From Candidatus Latescibacterota bacterium (lineage in GTDB: Bacteria > Latescibacterota > UBA2968), in the NCBI GenBank assembly GCA_965204375.1, contig OZ241986.1, positions 3,936,001 to 4,000,000 of the forward strand: a DNA stretch of 64,000 nt. The letters are read 5' to 3'. Position 1 is the first letter of the stretch; each line of letters opens with the position of its first letter. The position numbers were made by a program, and so were the translations under genes. Shown piece after piece: positions 8,200 to 17,751 of the stretch. A model generated the notes under the pieces. That model did not search any database, was not told the DNA's origin, and saw only the letters and a list, made by a program, of their open reading frames with translations.

Positions 8200-9122
8200 C
8201 CCAGGCCAAAGCCCGTACCCTTACCCACATGCAAATCTGCGCCCAGTCGCAAAAGCGGCATAAACGGTTCTATGTCCCCAGTAAAAACCACATCGCCCAC
8301 CACACCGCCCAATTTCATCCTCTGATCCTGACGCAACGAATACCGCTCCCAATCGTACCAGCGCGTATTCACCGTTGCGGTCTGCACTTTTTCTGCCCGC
8401 GCAATCCACTGCCCGTAATCCAGTTCCAGTTCCGCGCCACAGTGAAAGCGCATCAGATCTGATACGCGCCGCAACAACGCGCGCACCAGCAGGGAAAAAT
8501 CGAGACGAGAAGCATAGCGTCCTCCCGCTTTGAGACGGATCGGCGTCTGCAACCGCAGATGCACCAACGAGCCAACATCTTCTCCCCTGGACGACCCAAC
8601 ACAAAGCGGATAATCCAGATCCAGCATGCCCGTATCCGCCTCATAAATGCACTGTTCGCCCGCCGCACTCAGCGCAACAACCCGCTTCAGCGCAACTTTC
8701 CCGCGCCCCGTCCCCAGGCCCTGACGCCCCATCTCTTCAAAGGCATAAATAAAATAGGGCAGAGAATCCAGTGCCCGCCCCACCAGCACCAGCCCGACAG
8801 ACAGTGCGTCGCCTACCTCGTAAATCTGGTGCGTCTCTCCAGGCGGTTCAATCACAAACGGATGTGGCGCGAAAGCGTATCCCCGGCTGTCTTCCTCATC
8901 GCTGAACGGCGGCGTCTCAAAAACATAATAATACACGCACTGGGCGCAGATCAGACACGTCGAACAGTCCATATCTCGCTTAACGCACACCAGCTTTTTG
9001 AACGCATGCCCAAAAGCCCCCCGAAGGGTCGATCCCTTGTAGGGCGGCAATTTCAAGCGATCAACCGCCACCATCTCCATGCGAAAACGCGCATAGTGAA
9101 TTTTACGCAGTTCATCTATCAT
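8181..9122 (-). CDS. cas6: crRNA processing endoribonuclease Cas6
   Basis: 'GSTLRGAFG', Cys-rich insert, C-terminal Gly loop 'GKGTGFGLG'; ATG at 9122 follows GAGGTG. Confidence 0.95.
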   Translation of the reverse strand: MIDELRKIHYARFRMEMVAVDRLKLPPYKGSTLRGAFGHAFKKLVCVKRDMDCSTCLICAQCVYYYVFETPPFSDEEDSRGYAFAPHPFVIEPPGETHQIYEVGDALSVGLVLVGRALDSLPYFIYAFEEMGRQGLGTGRGKVALKRVVALSAAGEQCIYEADTGMLDLDYPLCVGSSRGEDVGSLVHLRLQTPIRLKAGGRYASRLDFSLLVRALLRRVSDLMRFHCGAELELDYGQWIARAEKVQTATVNTRWYDWERYSLRQDQRMKLGGVVGDVVFTGDIEPFMPLLRLGADLHVGKGTGFGLGCYEIL

Positions 9123-9227
9123 AGGCTCACCTCTTTTGAATAGGGAAGCCATATATACGCGAATTGCGCGTTAAAAGCAAACACAGCATAACAGGTAGCA
9201 ACACACTGGCGCAGTCATACCACTCTT

Positions 9228-9536
9228 TTAGCGAGAAAGAAGCGGCCGGTAAACCTTCAAGGAACGTACATTTGATCTTATAGAAACCGGAAGTTTGTCC
9301 CAGCGCAGCAAAGCCAGATAGAGTTCTGCCGCCACATTTTCATCCGGAACAACAGGCACACCTGATTCGTTGAGGATTAAAAACTTTTCAGGACCCGGAT
9401 GTATTAAATTCCAACTGATTTGATAGACATTGCCATCACTTGCCCTGATCAAATAAGGTTGTGGCACAGCCTCGTTATCTTGGTCTGACCGCCTGATGAT
9501 CCTTAACAAAGCCTTTCCGTCACCAGCCAACTTCAC
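9228..9536 (-). CDS. Hypothetical protein
   Basis: 102-aa ORF with a GTGA overlap to the upstream peptidase stop. Confidence 0.55.
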   Translation of the reverse strand: MKLAGDGKALLRIIRRSDQDNEAVPQPYLIRASDGNVYQISWNLIHPGPEKFLILNESGVPVVPDENVAAELYLALLRWDKLPVSIRSNVRSLKVYRPLLSR

Positions 9537-12274
9537 TCGTTAATGATGTAGATAATGCGCCCATTCTCATCCGACACGTAGATCGGTCCTTTCAGGATAC
9601 AGTCCCCCCACTTGCTACTCTGGCCGCCAACGAGCTTCCCGCTCGGAGGGGCGGGCAAGCTATACGCATCGGCCCGACTAACATTGACGCGGTAGCCGAG
9701 ATCAGATAGGGACTGGATCGTGATCGCGCTCAGGGGATTGGCATCGTAACTGTGAGTCGGCGTCATAAGTTCGTTGCCGAACACGGACGCCCTCCAATGA
9801 CCGCCATCACTCTCTGTTGGTACCTTTGCCCCGTTGTAATTCCTACCACCTGCATTGTTGAACGCTTGAATCGATAGCGCGCCGGTGAAGTACCTGTCAC
9901 TACGCCCACGGAGCAAATCCAGGTAATCCCAAAGCGTCCCAATCCCCAGAACGTGCCCCATCTCATGTAAGACCACCGTCCAGAGAGATCCTTCCTCCTC
10001 TATCCTCTGAAGGTCGGCCGTATCTAACAATATCTTTCCAAGAATCGGCAATTTGGTGTCCCCTCGTATCCAAAAATATCCCGCTCGCCCAAGGGTATCG
10101 CCGGAGCCGTCGATACTGGTAGCCCCCACGAATATCCGCAGGTCATCCACGGTGTCATTAACGCGAATTCTTGCGCCCAAATCCGCGTCCCATTCATTAT
10201 ACGGATTGGTCGAAAAGTCGATATCACTGAGGTCTTCTGTAATGATCGACATCCAGTGCCTTGCCGCCTGTCGGAATACTGCCTTCTGAGAAATGGTAAA
10301 GTCGTTGTCGTTGACAAAGACGAGTTCGATATTGAAGTCCCCGCTCGTGCCCGACGTCGATTCCTGATTCGCCTCTATTTTCAGGGTATAGCTCCCAGCA
10401 GTAGAAGAATCATAACCTCGTATCCGGATATAGTAGGTGCCCGAACGAACCGAAGCAGAAGTATAGAAGTTGCTACCCACACCCGCATCGTCATCCTCAG
10501 TAAGAACCCGACCTGAACTATTCAGGATAGCACCGTAGGTATCCGTGCTACCCGTCGTATAAGCAACCAAAGTACCAGAACCACTCACACTAACGCGGAA
10601 GTAATCCGTATCCCCCGCTGATAACCTGCCAGAAGTCGTACTGCCCAACGAGACTCGCGTTGCCTCTGAGCGCGTGTTTCCATGGTCATCTACGATGGTG
10701 ACCGTGATGCGTATGGCAGTAGAGCAATTGTTTCCGGTATCGCTCTCGCCGCTGACATCATCCACGCAGGCACCGTAAAAATAGGTCCCTGCGCTCGATG
10801 GTACATTCAAACGGATTGACTCAGCACTCGTATTAGAAGCCGGAAGACCGCTCACCGCGTCCGTGCCAACTTCCCTATCACCCGTTGTAATCGTCGCGTT
10901 TGACGAGCGGTAATAGCGCAGTGTCGTAGTGGCAGACCGACCAGTACCCTGATTGCGGACGGTAGCTCTCAGCGTGAAGGATTGCCCTGACGTCAGGGTA
11001 TTATCGCTGACCGAAGGCGATTCAACAATCAGGTCCGGCGCACCACCGCCACCACCGCCACCACCGCCACTCGCAGGAGATACCGGTTTGCCAAAATCAT
11101 TGGTGAAGATCACAAAATCTGAAAAACCAATCGCACCATCGCTATCCAAATCGTATTTCGCTTGATATGTCCCATCGCCTCGGCTTGACCCAAACACGCC
11201 TGCAAACTGCACAAAGTCGGCAAAGCCAACCATACCATCCCCGTCAAAGTCGGGCGTCAGAACCGCAGAATCTGATTGCAACCCAACGCTAATACTCAGC
11301 GTCACGCGCTCAAATTGTCCACTCCGACCAAGTTCACCGCGCACCAGCCGAATACGCGTACCCGAAAACGCCGCCATCGTGCGAAAGCGAATCGTGCCTA
11401 CCAGACCCGTATTGGACGTGGCTTGACCACCCAAAGACCCAATACTGATCTGGACAAAAGTCGGATTTGTGCCGTGTTCTGCTGGAAGCACGACAACATT
11501 TGGCAGCACATCACCCGCATCAAAACCGTCATAACCAACCTGACCCGCATCGTATTCAAAGCGCGTAGAAATACCATTCGCATTTTGAATATCCCTGCCA
11601 AAAATCTGAATGGCAACAACCTGACCGGGCGATACATTCACAGATGTAGCCGCTTGATCACCTGCTGAGCCATTTACATCCAGGGACAGAGAAAAACTAT
11701 TCTGTGAGGATACAGACTGCTGTCTCGCTTTCGCAAAAGTAATTACGATCCTGATTGGATCATCTGGCGGTACGTGCTGAGACAGTGCGTTCATTGCCAG
11801 AGGTCTTACAGATTCGGGTAATGAGGCCAATAATTCTTCTAAAAGAAGCGGGCGTATGATATGCAGCGAATCCGCCGTCGCTGTGTACGTATAATTGGTC
11901 TTCATTTTCGCGGTTATGGTGAGTGCATGGGTATCGGACGCGACTGTATAATTCCCCTCATATCGGCTCGTATCGTGTACAGCGACAGTAAGCGGAACCA
12001 ATAATACCATAGAGAAATTGGTTACTGTTGTGTAGTCAGATTGAACCTTGCCATCTGAACCAAAAGTTATTGTGCCGTTGATCTCGCCTTCGACTGTAAG
12101 AGGCGATACAACCTGCACGAGCCCGGCCGGGACATAAGCGTTCAGCCCGATCTTCTCAGCTACCCATGAACCCACGATATCGCCACCTTGAGGCTTAGGG
12201 GTTTCTGGCAGCAGTCCCGCATCTGCCTGTCCAAATGCTATGAACACCGTAATAAGTAGAACGTAGTCTCTCAA
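9533..12274 (-). CDS. Secreted multidomain zinc metallopeptidase (cohesin-like, EF-hand/dockerin-like, CARDB, PPC, leishmanolysin/M8-like)
   Basis: Signal peptide; 'PDFDGDGMVGFADF' pair; poly-Gly linker; 'HEMGHVLGIG...GHW...ELMT'. Confidence 0.85.
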   Translation of the reverse strand: MRDYVLLITVFIAFGQADAGLLPETPKPQGGDIVGSWVAEKIGLNAYVPAGLVQVVSPLTVEGEINGTITFGSDGKVQSDYTTVTNFSMVLLVPLTVAVHDTSRYEGNYTVASDTHALTITAKMKTNYTYTATADSLHIIRPLLLEELLASLPESVRPLAMNALSQHVPPDDPIRIVITFAKARQQSVSSQNSFSLSLDVNGSAGDQAATSVNVSPGQVVAIQIFGRDIQNANGISTRFEYDAGQVGYDGFDAGDVLPNVVVLPAEHGTNPTFVQISIGSLGGQATSNTGLVGTIRFRTMAAFSGTRIRLVRGELGRSGQFERVTLSISVGLQSDSAVLTPDFDGDGMVGFADFVQFAGVFGSSRGDGTYQAKYDLDSDGAIGFSDFVIFTNDFGKPVSPASGGGGGGGGGAPDLIVESPSVSDNTLTSGQSFTLRATVRNQGTGRSATTTLRYYRSSNATITTGDREVGTDAVSGLPASNTSAESIRLNVPSSAGTYFYGACVDDVSGESDTGNNCSTAIRITVTIVDDHGNTRSEATRVSLGSTTSGRLSAGDTDYFRVSVSGSGTLVAYTTGSTDTYGAILNSSGRVLTEDDDAGVGSNFYTSASVRSGTYYIRIRGYDSSTAGSYTLKIEANQESTSGTSGDFNIELVFVNDNDFTISQKAVFRQAARHWMSIITEDLSDIDFSTNPYNEWDADLGARIRVNDTVDDLRIFVGATSIDGSGDTLGRAGYFWIRGDTKLPILGKILLDTADLQRIEEEGSLWTVVLHEMGHVLGIGTLWDYLDLLRGRSDRYFTGALSIQAFNNAGGRNYNGAKVPTESDGGHWRASVFGNELMTPTHSYDANPLSAITIQSLSDLGYRVNVSRADAYSLPAPPSGKLVGGQSSKWGDCILKGPIYVSDENGRIIYIINE

Positions 12275-12414
12275 TACTTTAAACCGCCATTCACTTAATT
12301 TTGTTGCTTTTGGGATTTTACATTGTGGAATCGAGAGGTCCCCTACTCAGCGCAAGTGATACACTTTCCCTTACTCGTGTACACATGGAGTTGCCCCGCT
12401 TCAGTGGAGAGTTT

Positions 12415-12785
12415 AGGCCAAAGCCAGAGGTGTCACCTTGTTGGCTCCGGCGATGCCCCCAAGGGGAAAGGTCAGGGTAAATTGGCATTGGAGGACTTTG
12501 AAGTAGATGCATCCAGACACATCCAGCAATGTCCAGCGGGCCACATGCCCTTCGAGATGTCTGTGAGCAAGAAACGCCTCCAGGTTCGATTTGCTATAGA
12601 TGTGTGTGGGCAATGCCCTTTGCAGGACCGCTACCCGATCAAGGGAAAAGATCGTCTCCAATACACCCACGAACGCATAAAGCAGCGTGCCCGGTGTCTA
12701 TCTCAACAGTCTCCCGCCTTTCGTGACCGATACCGTTGGCGAGCAGGCATCGAAGGGACCGTATCGCGTCTAAAGCATCAAGCAT
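12415..12785 (+). pseudogene. Fragment of IS1182-like transposase
   Basis: Diverged inverted copy of ~14795-15165 ('PKGKGQGKL.LEDFEVDAS', 'YRWRAGIE.T.SRLK'); N-terminus missing. Confidence 0.85.
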
Positions 12786-12837
12786 GATAGCTTCTGATGG
12801 GAGCCTCTTAAATACACCATAGCATATTTTTCTTCTT

Positions 12838-13647
12838 TTAAAAGGTTTTCCTGGCTCGTAGGTCTTGGGCTTGTTTGGCGATTATATCTACTTCTCGCGG
12901 GTCAAGGTATCCGTATGTTCGGTTCAGAATTTCTTTATACATTGCCTCAAGTTGCATCCCTAGTGCTGAATAGACAGCGTTATCTACTTCTAAGAACCTC
13001 TTAAACGACACATTTGGAGAATTCCACTTGGATATACCAATAGGGAGGGCGATAGGCGTAATATTTACGCTTTTGGTCCACATTTTTTCATTTGTGAGAC
13101 TTTCGTGAATAAGCAAAGTAACACGCGGATTCATGTAGATCGACCCTGTGTATTCCCAATACTTACTATAGCTAATGACTCGGATATTGGAAGTATCAAA
13201 ATTGAAATTGATTTGAGCGGTAAGAATTAAATTGCTATTGCTTTTATCCACAAATGTCATATCGTCAAATGTCGGGAATGGCCCTCGCAGTGTGTATCCG
13301 CGTGCAGTAATTATCTCACCAAAATCCGCTGCCATATTACTCGAAAATCTGTTAAACATTGGAATTGAAGGAAGCCCTACCATCATTATAGGCGAACCGC
13401 CTCCCGAGGGGTCCATATATGGATAAGGACTACTTGGATAACCCGGATTTTGGCCAAATTGACTTCCTATCACAGCAAATGTAATACCTGTTTTACCTGC
13501 AATATCTTCTTCAGGCATGTAGTCAAATGTAGGACGCCGTCTTAAGACAATCTCCTCACGCGTAGCTACACAACCGCCAAATATAGTGATACATAGCGCA
13601 GCCAATGTGAACAAACCACATAAATTTTTCCATCGTATAAAATACAT
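12838..13647 (-). CDS. Putative lipoprotein
   Basis: ATG at 13647 after AAGGAGAGG; signal peptide ending 'IFGGC'. Confidence 0.75.
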   Translation of the reverse strand: MYFIRWKNLCGLFTLAALCITIFGGCVATREEIVLRRRPTFDYMPEEDIAGKTGITFAVIGSQFGQNPGYPSSPYPYMDPSGGGSPIMMVGLPSIPMFNRFSSNMAADFGEIITARGYTLRGPFPTFDDMTFVDKSNSNLILTAQINFNFDTSNIRVISYSKYWEYTGSIYMNPRVTLLIHESLTNEKMWTKSVNITPIALPIGISKWNSPNVSFKRFLEVDNAVYSALGMQLEAMYKEILNRTYGYLDPREVDIIAKQAQDLRARKTF

Positions 13648-13676
13648 AATCCTCTCCTTTTTCTCCTTTTTTGCAT

Positions 13677-14132
13677 TTACCATCTGGTGACAGTTACGGC
13701 AAGAATAATCCAAATTAAACCTGCTAGCTTAATTCGTCCCCACATCCCTCTTGGTTCTATAAGTTTTTTCGACGATGTAGATGTTGTAATGATTTTGTAT
13801 ATGCGGTTTTTGTCAACATGCACATCCCGCACGCCAGGGGTTGTCCCTCTAACACCTATAAGGTGTTTCTCTATTACCTCCTCAATAACTACATGTTCGG
13901 AAGAAACAGATTTAACCTTGCCGCGTATTTCATTACTTTCTAAGAAACCACCAACATCCTCATAGTAAAACAAGGTCACTTCTTCCCCAATAAAGGACTT
14001 GAGATCATCTGCACCTAGAACAGCAGATTTATTTTCATCTCTACCTTTGCCCTCTAAATACTTATTGGCATAACAACCTACTTGTAATAGCAAAGCCAAA
14101 GGCAAAATAATGTATAACACCTTTTCATCCAT
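13677..14132 (-). CDS. Putative lipoprotein/membrane protein
   Basis: GGAGG RBS; 'LLLQVGC' lipobox; hydrophobic C-terminus. Confidence 0.7.
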   Translation of the reverse strand: MDEKVLYIILPLALLLQVGCYANKYLEGKGRDENKSAVLGADDLKSFIGEEVTLFYYEDVGGFLESNEIRGKVKSVSSEHVVIEEVIEKHLIGVRGTTPGVRDVHVDKNRIYKIITTSTSSKKLIEPRGMWGRIKLAGLIWIILAVTVTRW

Positions 14133-14292
14133 ATATCCCTCCCTTCAAAAACAAATTTCTAAATTCAGAAAGAAGCCTTCCTCCGCAGGTCACGGACAGG
14201 CATAATAAGTTTTAACCCCCTTTCTTGTTACATCCATCAAACGGGAAAATGCAACTTGATTTTGTGATTGTGGAACGTTACATTATTCACAA

Positions 14293-14416
14293 AGCGGGTT
14301 GCGGTTTGCAAGACCGTTTCCCTCTCTGTATGTTGCGGCAGAAGGCCACAGGTGCCAACCCGAGCGGCCTTCTGCCCTTCACGCAAGCATAACGATGTCT
14401 GCGGTTTTTTAATTTA
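14293..14416. repeat. Conserved ~125-bp intergenic element, copy A (copy B at 31556-31680)
   Basis: Aligns by eye with 31556-31680; 11-bp stem GGCAGAAGGCC/GGCCTTCTGCC at 14337-14376. Confidence 0.85.
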
Positions 14417-14456
14417 TAAAAACAGATTTGTCCATCAACATATCTGTGAATCTACC

Positions 14457-16295
14457 TCAAATCGCGGCAGGGATGCCGCTCCTACAGCAGATTGATGAGA
14501 TATTGTCAAATGTTGACGGGTCGGCAAAAAGTCTTAAAATCAAGGGAGAAAGCCCCCTGTAACCCCTTGTCGTGGGTACTTCAAATCGTCTGTTCATACG
14601 CCCTGATATAGGTTTGTAAGGCCCAATAACCCGCTGATGACCTTGCAAGGCACTCAAAAGCCTACCAAAAAGCTTTTGAGGGTAAAAGGACCCCCTATAG
14701 ACAGCGACACGATGGATATTGAGACCCAATGCGCTGAGCAAGACCCGATATTTTACCGCACCTTGCCCACGCACCCGCAGGTGAGCCAGTCCCATTTGAT
14801 GCTTTAGACGCGATATGGTCGCTTCGATGCCAGCACGCCAGCGGTATTGGTCACGGAAGACATCAGACTGTTCAAACAGACGCCGGGCACGTTGCTTGAC
14901 ACGCTCGTGGGTATATTGGAGACGCGCTTTCCCTGGGATTGGACAGTGCTCTTGCAAGGGGCATTGGTCACATAAATCTGGGGCAAATCGAACCTGAAGG
15001 CGTTTCTTGCTCACAGACATCTCAAGGGGTGCATGGCCGGCTGGACATCGCTGGATGTGCCCAGATGCATCTACTTCAAAGTCCTCCAACGTCAATTTAC
15101 CCTGACCTTTGCCCTTGGGGGGCATCGACGGAGCCAACAACGTGACACCTCTATCTTTGGCCTGCGCGATACATTTTGTCGAACCGTAGTGCGTATCGGC
15201 CAGCAGATGCTTGGGCATCACGCCACGGGCTTGTGTATCCTGTATGGCAGGTAAGAGGGCTTTACTGTCATGGACTGTCATCTTGCCAACGGCGATATGC
15301 GTGATCAGGTCTGGCAGGGCAACTTTAGACACGCCTGATGTGGCGTCCTGTGCCTCATCGTCTTTGTCGGTATCATCACAGAAGGTCTCCATGACCTGTA
15401 TGAGGTAGCCCACCCCACGATGCTTATTATAGCTGGCGTCAGGATCGGCCGGATTAAGCGTATTATCACACGGTATCGCATGGGGATCCCGCATCTGGAT
15501 GCTGCTTTGACCAGATGCGCCTTGTATGCGTTGGCACTGTTCTTCAAAAACACCTGCCAACAGATGGTAGCTGTCCAACTGCGCCGCTTCGGTTGGACAA
15601 AACAGCTTTAGCAATGCATCTATATCGGCGGCGGCTTCTAACAATCGACACTTTGACTGGCTCGGTGTGGTTAAAGCGAAACACCCATCGCCTGTGCGGG
15701 CAACATACTTGCGCCACAAGTCACAGTCCAGTTCCTGATACAACTCTGGGCAGGTTCGACGCAACTGGCGCAAGAATTTACTCATGGACTCGACCAGAAT
15801 GCCCAAGCGTGTCAGGTTGCGCATAAAGCTTTGGACACCCGTCGAGTCAATCCGCTGCTTGCGGGTATGAACCCCTACCGAATGAATGAGCTTGTCGGTC
15901 AGACTTTGGAAGAGCACCTCATCCAGGTGATGCTGAATCACCAAACGACGATAGGTGCGAAGCGTTCGCTCGCAAAAATAACAGTCGGCTTCACTGCGCA
16001 CATCAAGGGCATACTGCCAAGCGATGTTGAATGCAATGGCCTCCACTGTCTGTGCATCGGTCAAATCATGCAGTTGTTGCAGCACCAGTGCGCCGAGCAC
16101 AACGTGGAGGTCTTTGCTGGGACGCCCAAAATTTTTGCTAAAATGGGGGGCCAGTGCCTCAACGGGCAGTTCCAAAAGCAGATACTCTCGGAAAACACCA
16201 GCCCAGGAACGATCAAGAAGTTGCTTGCGTTTAGCCCCAAGCTGTATCCAGAAATCCGGTGGGGCTGCCCTATCGTGGTCTCGTAAAGTAAGCAT
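14457..16295 (-). CDS. IS1182-like DDE transposase
   Basis: 'GRPSK', 'RIDST', 'DPDASY', 'LADTHYG', 'YRWRAGIEATIS.LK'; the ORF reads through its own TIR. Confidence 0.85.
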   Translation of the reverse strand: MLTLRDHDRAAPPDFWIQLGAKRKQLLDRSWAGVFREYLLLELPVEALAPHFSKNFGRPSKDLHVVLGALVLQQLHDLTDAQTVEAIAFNIAWQYALDVRSEADCYFCERTLRTYRRLVIQHHLDEVLFQSLTDKLIHSVGVHTRKQRIDSTGVQSFMRNLTRLGILVESMSKFLRQLRRTCPELYQELDCDLWRKYVARTGDGCFALTTPSQSKCRLLEAAADIDALLKLFCPTEAAQLDSYHLLAGVFEEQCQRIQGASGQSSIQMRDPHAIPCDNTLNPADPDASYNKHRGVGYLIQVMETFCDDTDKDDEAQDATSGVSKVALPDLITHIAVGKMTVHDSKALLPAIQDTQARGVMPKHLLADTHYGSTKCIAQAKDRGVTLLAPSMPPKGKGQGKLTLEDFEVDASGHIQRCPAGHAPLEMSVSKKRLQVRFAPDLCDQCPLQEHCPIPGKARLQYTHERVKQRARRLFEQSDVFRDQYRWRAGIEATISRLKHQMGLAHLRVRGQGAVKYRVLLSALGLNIHRVAVYRGSFYPQKLFGRLLSALQGHQRVIGPYKPISGRMNRRFEVPTTRGYRGLSPLILRLFADPSTFDNISSICCRSGIPAAI

Positions 16296-16354
16296 AAACG
16301 AAATATAGCTTACCAAAACTATCGGGGCAATCTCTGACTTTTTGCCGACCCGTC
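14515..16354 (-). mobile_element. IS1182/IS5-like insertion sequence
   Basis: Perfect 19-bp TIR GACGGGTCGGCAAAAAGTC (14515-14533, 16336-16354) flanked by direct repeat AAATGTT; the exact TIR/TSD boundary is ambiguous by 1-2 bp. Confidence 0.9.
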
Positions 16355-16391
16355 AAATGTTGTGGATGGGTTTAGAACGCATCCTTTATGA

Positions 16392-17630
16392 TTATGCAGC
16401 GATTTTGCGTTCACCATCTACGAATTTCACCCCGTCAATGACGAGGGGTATGAGCTTGTAACCGCGTAATCTGACCCATGTTTTTTCAGCTTCAAGAGCC
16501 AGTTTATACACCATCGCCATTGTGGCTTTGACCGATCCGCAGCCTTTTGTCTGCCTCGTGCGATGCCTGACGGTAGCAAAAGTCGATTCAATCGGGTTGG
16601 TGGTGCGTAAATGGATCCAGTGTTTGGCAGGAAAATCATAAAAGGTGAAGAGCACCTCAAAATCTTTGGTGAGGCAGTCACAGGCTTTTTCATAGCGATC
16701 CTGATACAGACTCAAGAAGTGGTCATAGACCTTGTGCGCGGCCTCTTTTGTCGGCGACTGATACATATCTTGAAGGAGTCTCTTGGCATCCGGCTGCACA
16801 GATTTGGGTAGCTTATCCAACACATTAGCACTCTTATGCACCCAGCAGCGCTGATGTTTCGTGGCAGGGAATGTCTCTTCCAATGCGTGCCAGAAGCCCA
16901 TTGCGCCATCGCCTATGGCAAGAGCAGGGGCAAGGCGCAACCCGCGTGCTTTGACATCCAGTAAGAGGGTTTTCCAAGATAAGGTGCTCTCACGCTGTCC
17001 CTGCTCTATGGCAAGGACTTCCTTTTTACCTTCTGCTGTGGCACCAATGAGCACGAGAACACAGGGGCGATCATCAGACAGGCGTACGTTAAAATAGATA
17101 CCGTCTGCCCAGATATAGACATAGGCTTTATCGTGCAAGTCGCGCTTTTGCCATTGTTTATACTCGTCTTCCCAAATACGCTTTAAGCGCGTGATATTGG
17201 CTGGTGAAAGCCCTGGTGCGCCTTTGCCTAAGATCGCTTCGAGTGCTTGTGGGAAGGCCGAGGTAGAGACCCCTTTCAGATACAGTGTGGGGATCAATGT
17301 ATCAATGCTCGGACTGCGACGGGCATATTTAGGCAGGATCGCACTGGTGAAGTGCTCCCCGTCTCGACGATCGTGAACGCGGGGTTGTTTGACGGGTATT
17401 TTACCAATACCAGTGGTGACTTCTCGGGCAGGATGATACCCATTTTTGACCACCTCACGATGACCCTTTTCATCCACCTGATCAGCAAATCGGGCTATGT
17501 ATTCATTCACTTCATACCGCAAGGCGGCACATAACATCTTACGCGCACCATTTCTTATGACTTCCTCGAGGCTCTCGGCCAGTGTATCTTGCACTATGCT
17601 TTCCACTTCAAATGGGGTATATTCTTTCAC
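16392..17630 (-). CDS. IS256-family transposase
   Basis: 'KNGY', 'LYLKGVST', 'YIWADG', 'IGDGAMGF', 'QRCWVHK', 'RTTNPIES'. Confidence 0.96.
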   Translation of the reverse strand: MKEYTPFEVESIVQDTLAESLEEVIRNGARKMLCAALRYEVNEYIARFADQVDEKGHREVVKNGYHPAREVTTGIGKIPVKQPRVHDRRDGEHFTSAILPKYARRSPSIDTLIPTLYLKGVSTSAFPQALEAILGKGAPGLSPANITRLKRIWEDEYKQWQKRDLHDKAYVYIWADGIYFNVRLSDDRPCVLVLIGATAEGKKEVLAIEQGQRESTLSWKTLLLDVKARGLRLAPALAIGDGAMGFWHALEETFPATKHQRCWVHKSANVLDKLPKSVQPDAKRLLQDMYQSPTKEAAHKVYDHFLSLYQDRYEKACDCLTKDFEVLFTFYDFPAKHWIHLRTTNPIESTFATVRHRTRQTKGCGSVKATMAMVYKLALEAEKTWVRLRGYKLIPLVIDGVKFVDGERKIAA

Positions 17631-17751
17631 GAGCGTGTCCTTTCTCCCTCCTGGAGGGATTTTAGGTTTTTGTGATACTATAGGATACGCTCTTTTCTTT
17701 TACTCATCCACAACTTTTGAATATACCTCCAGATTGATTATTGCGTTATAA

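Larger units (their letters stand above)
14497..17729 (-). mobile_element. IS256-family element whose downstream TIR is interrupted by an IS1182-like element
   Basis: 9-bp direct repeat CAGATTGAT at 14488-14496 and 17730-17738; reconstructed TIR GAGATATTGTCAAATGTTGTGGATGGG matches GAGGTATATTCAAAAGTTGTGGATGAG at 22/27. Confidence 0.9.

Noticed and set aside
14293-14416. Cobalamin/SAM riboswitch or sigma54 promoter
   Set aside because: AGGGAA and GGTGCCAA-like words are not conserved in copy B, other core motifs are missing, and there is no TTGC at -12.
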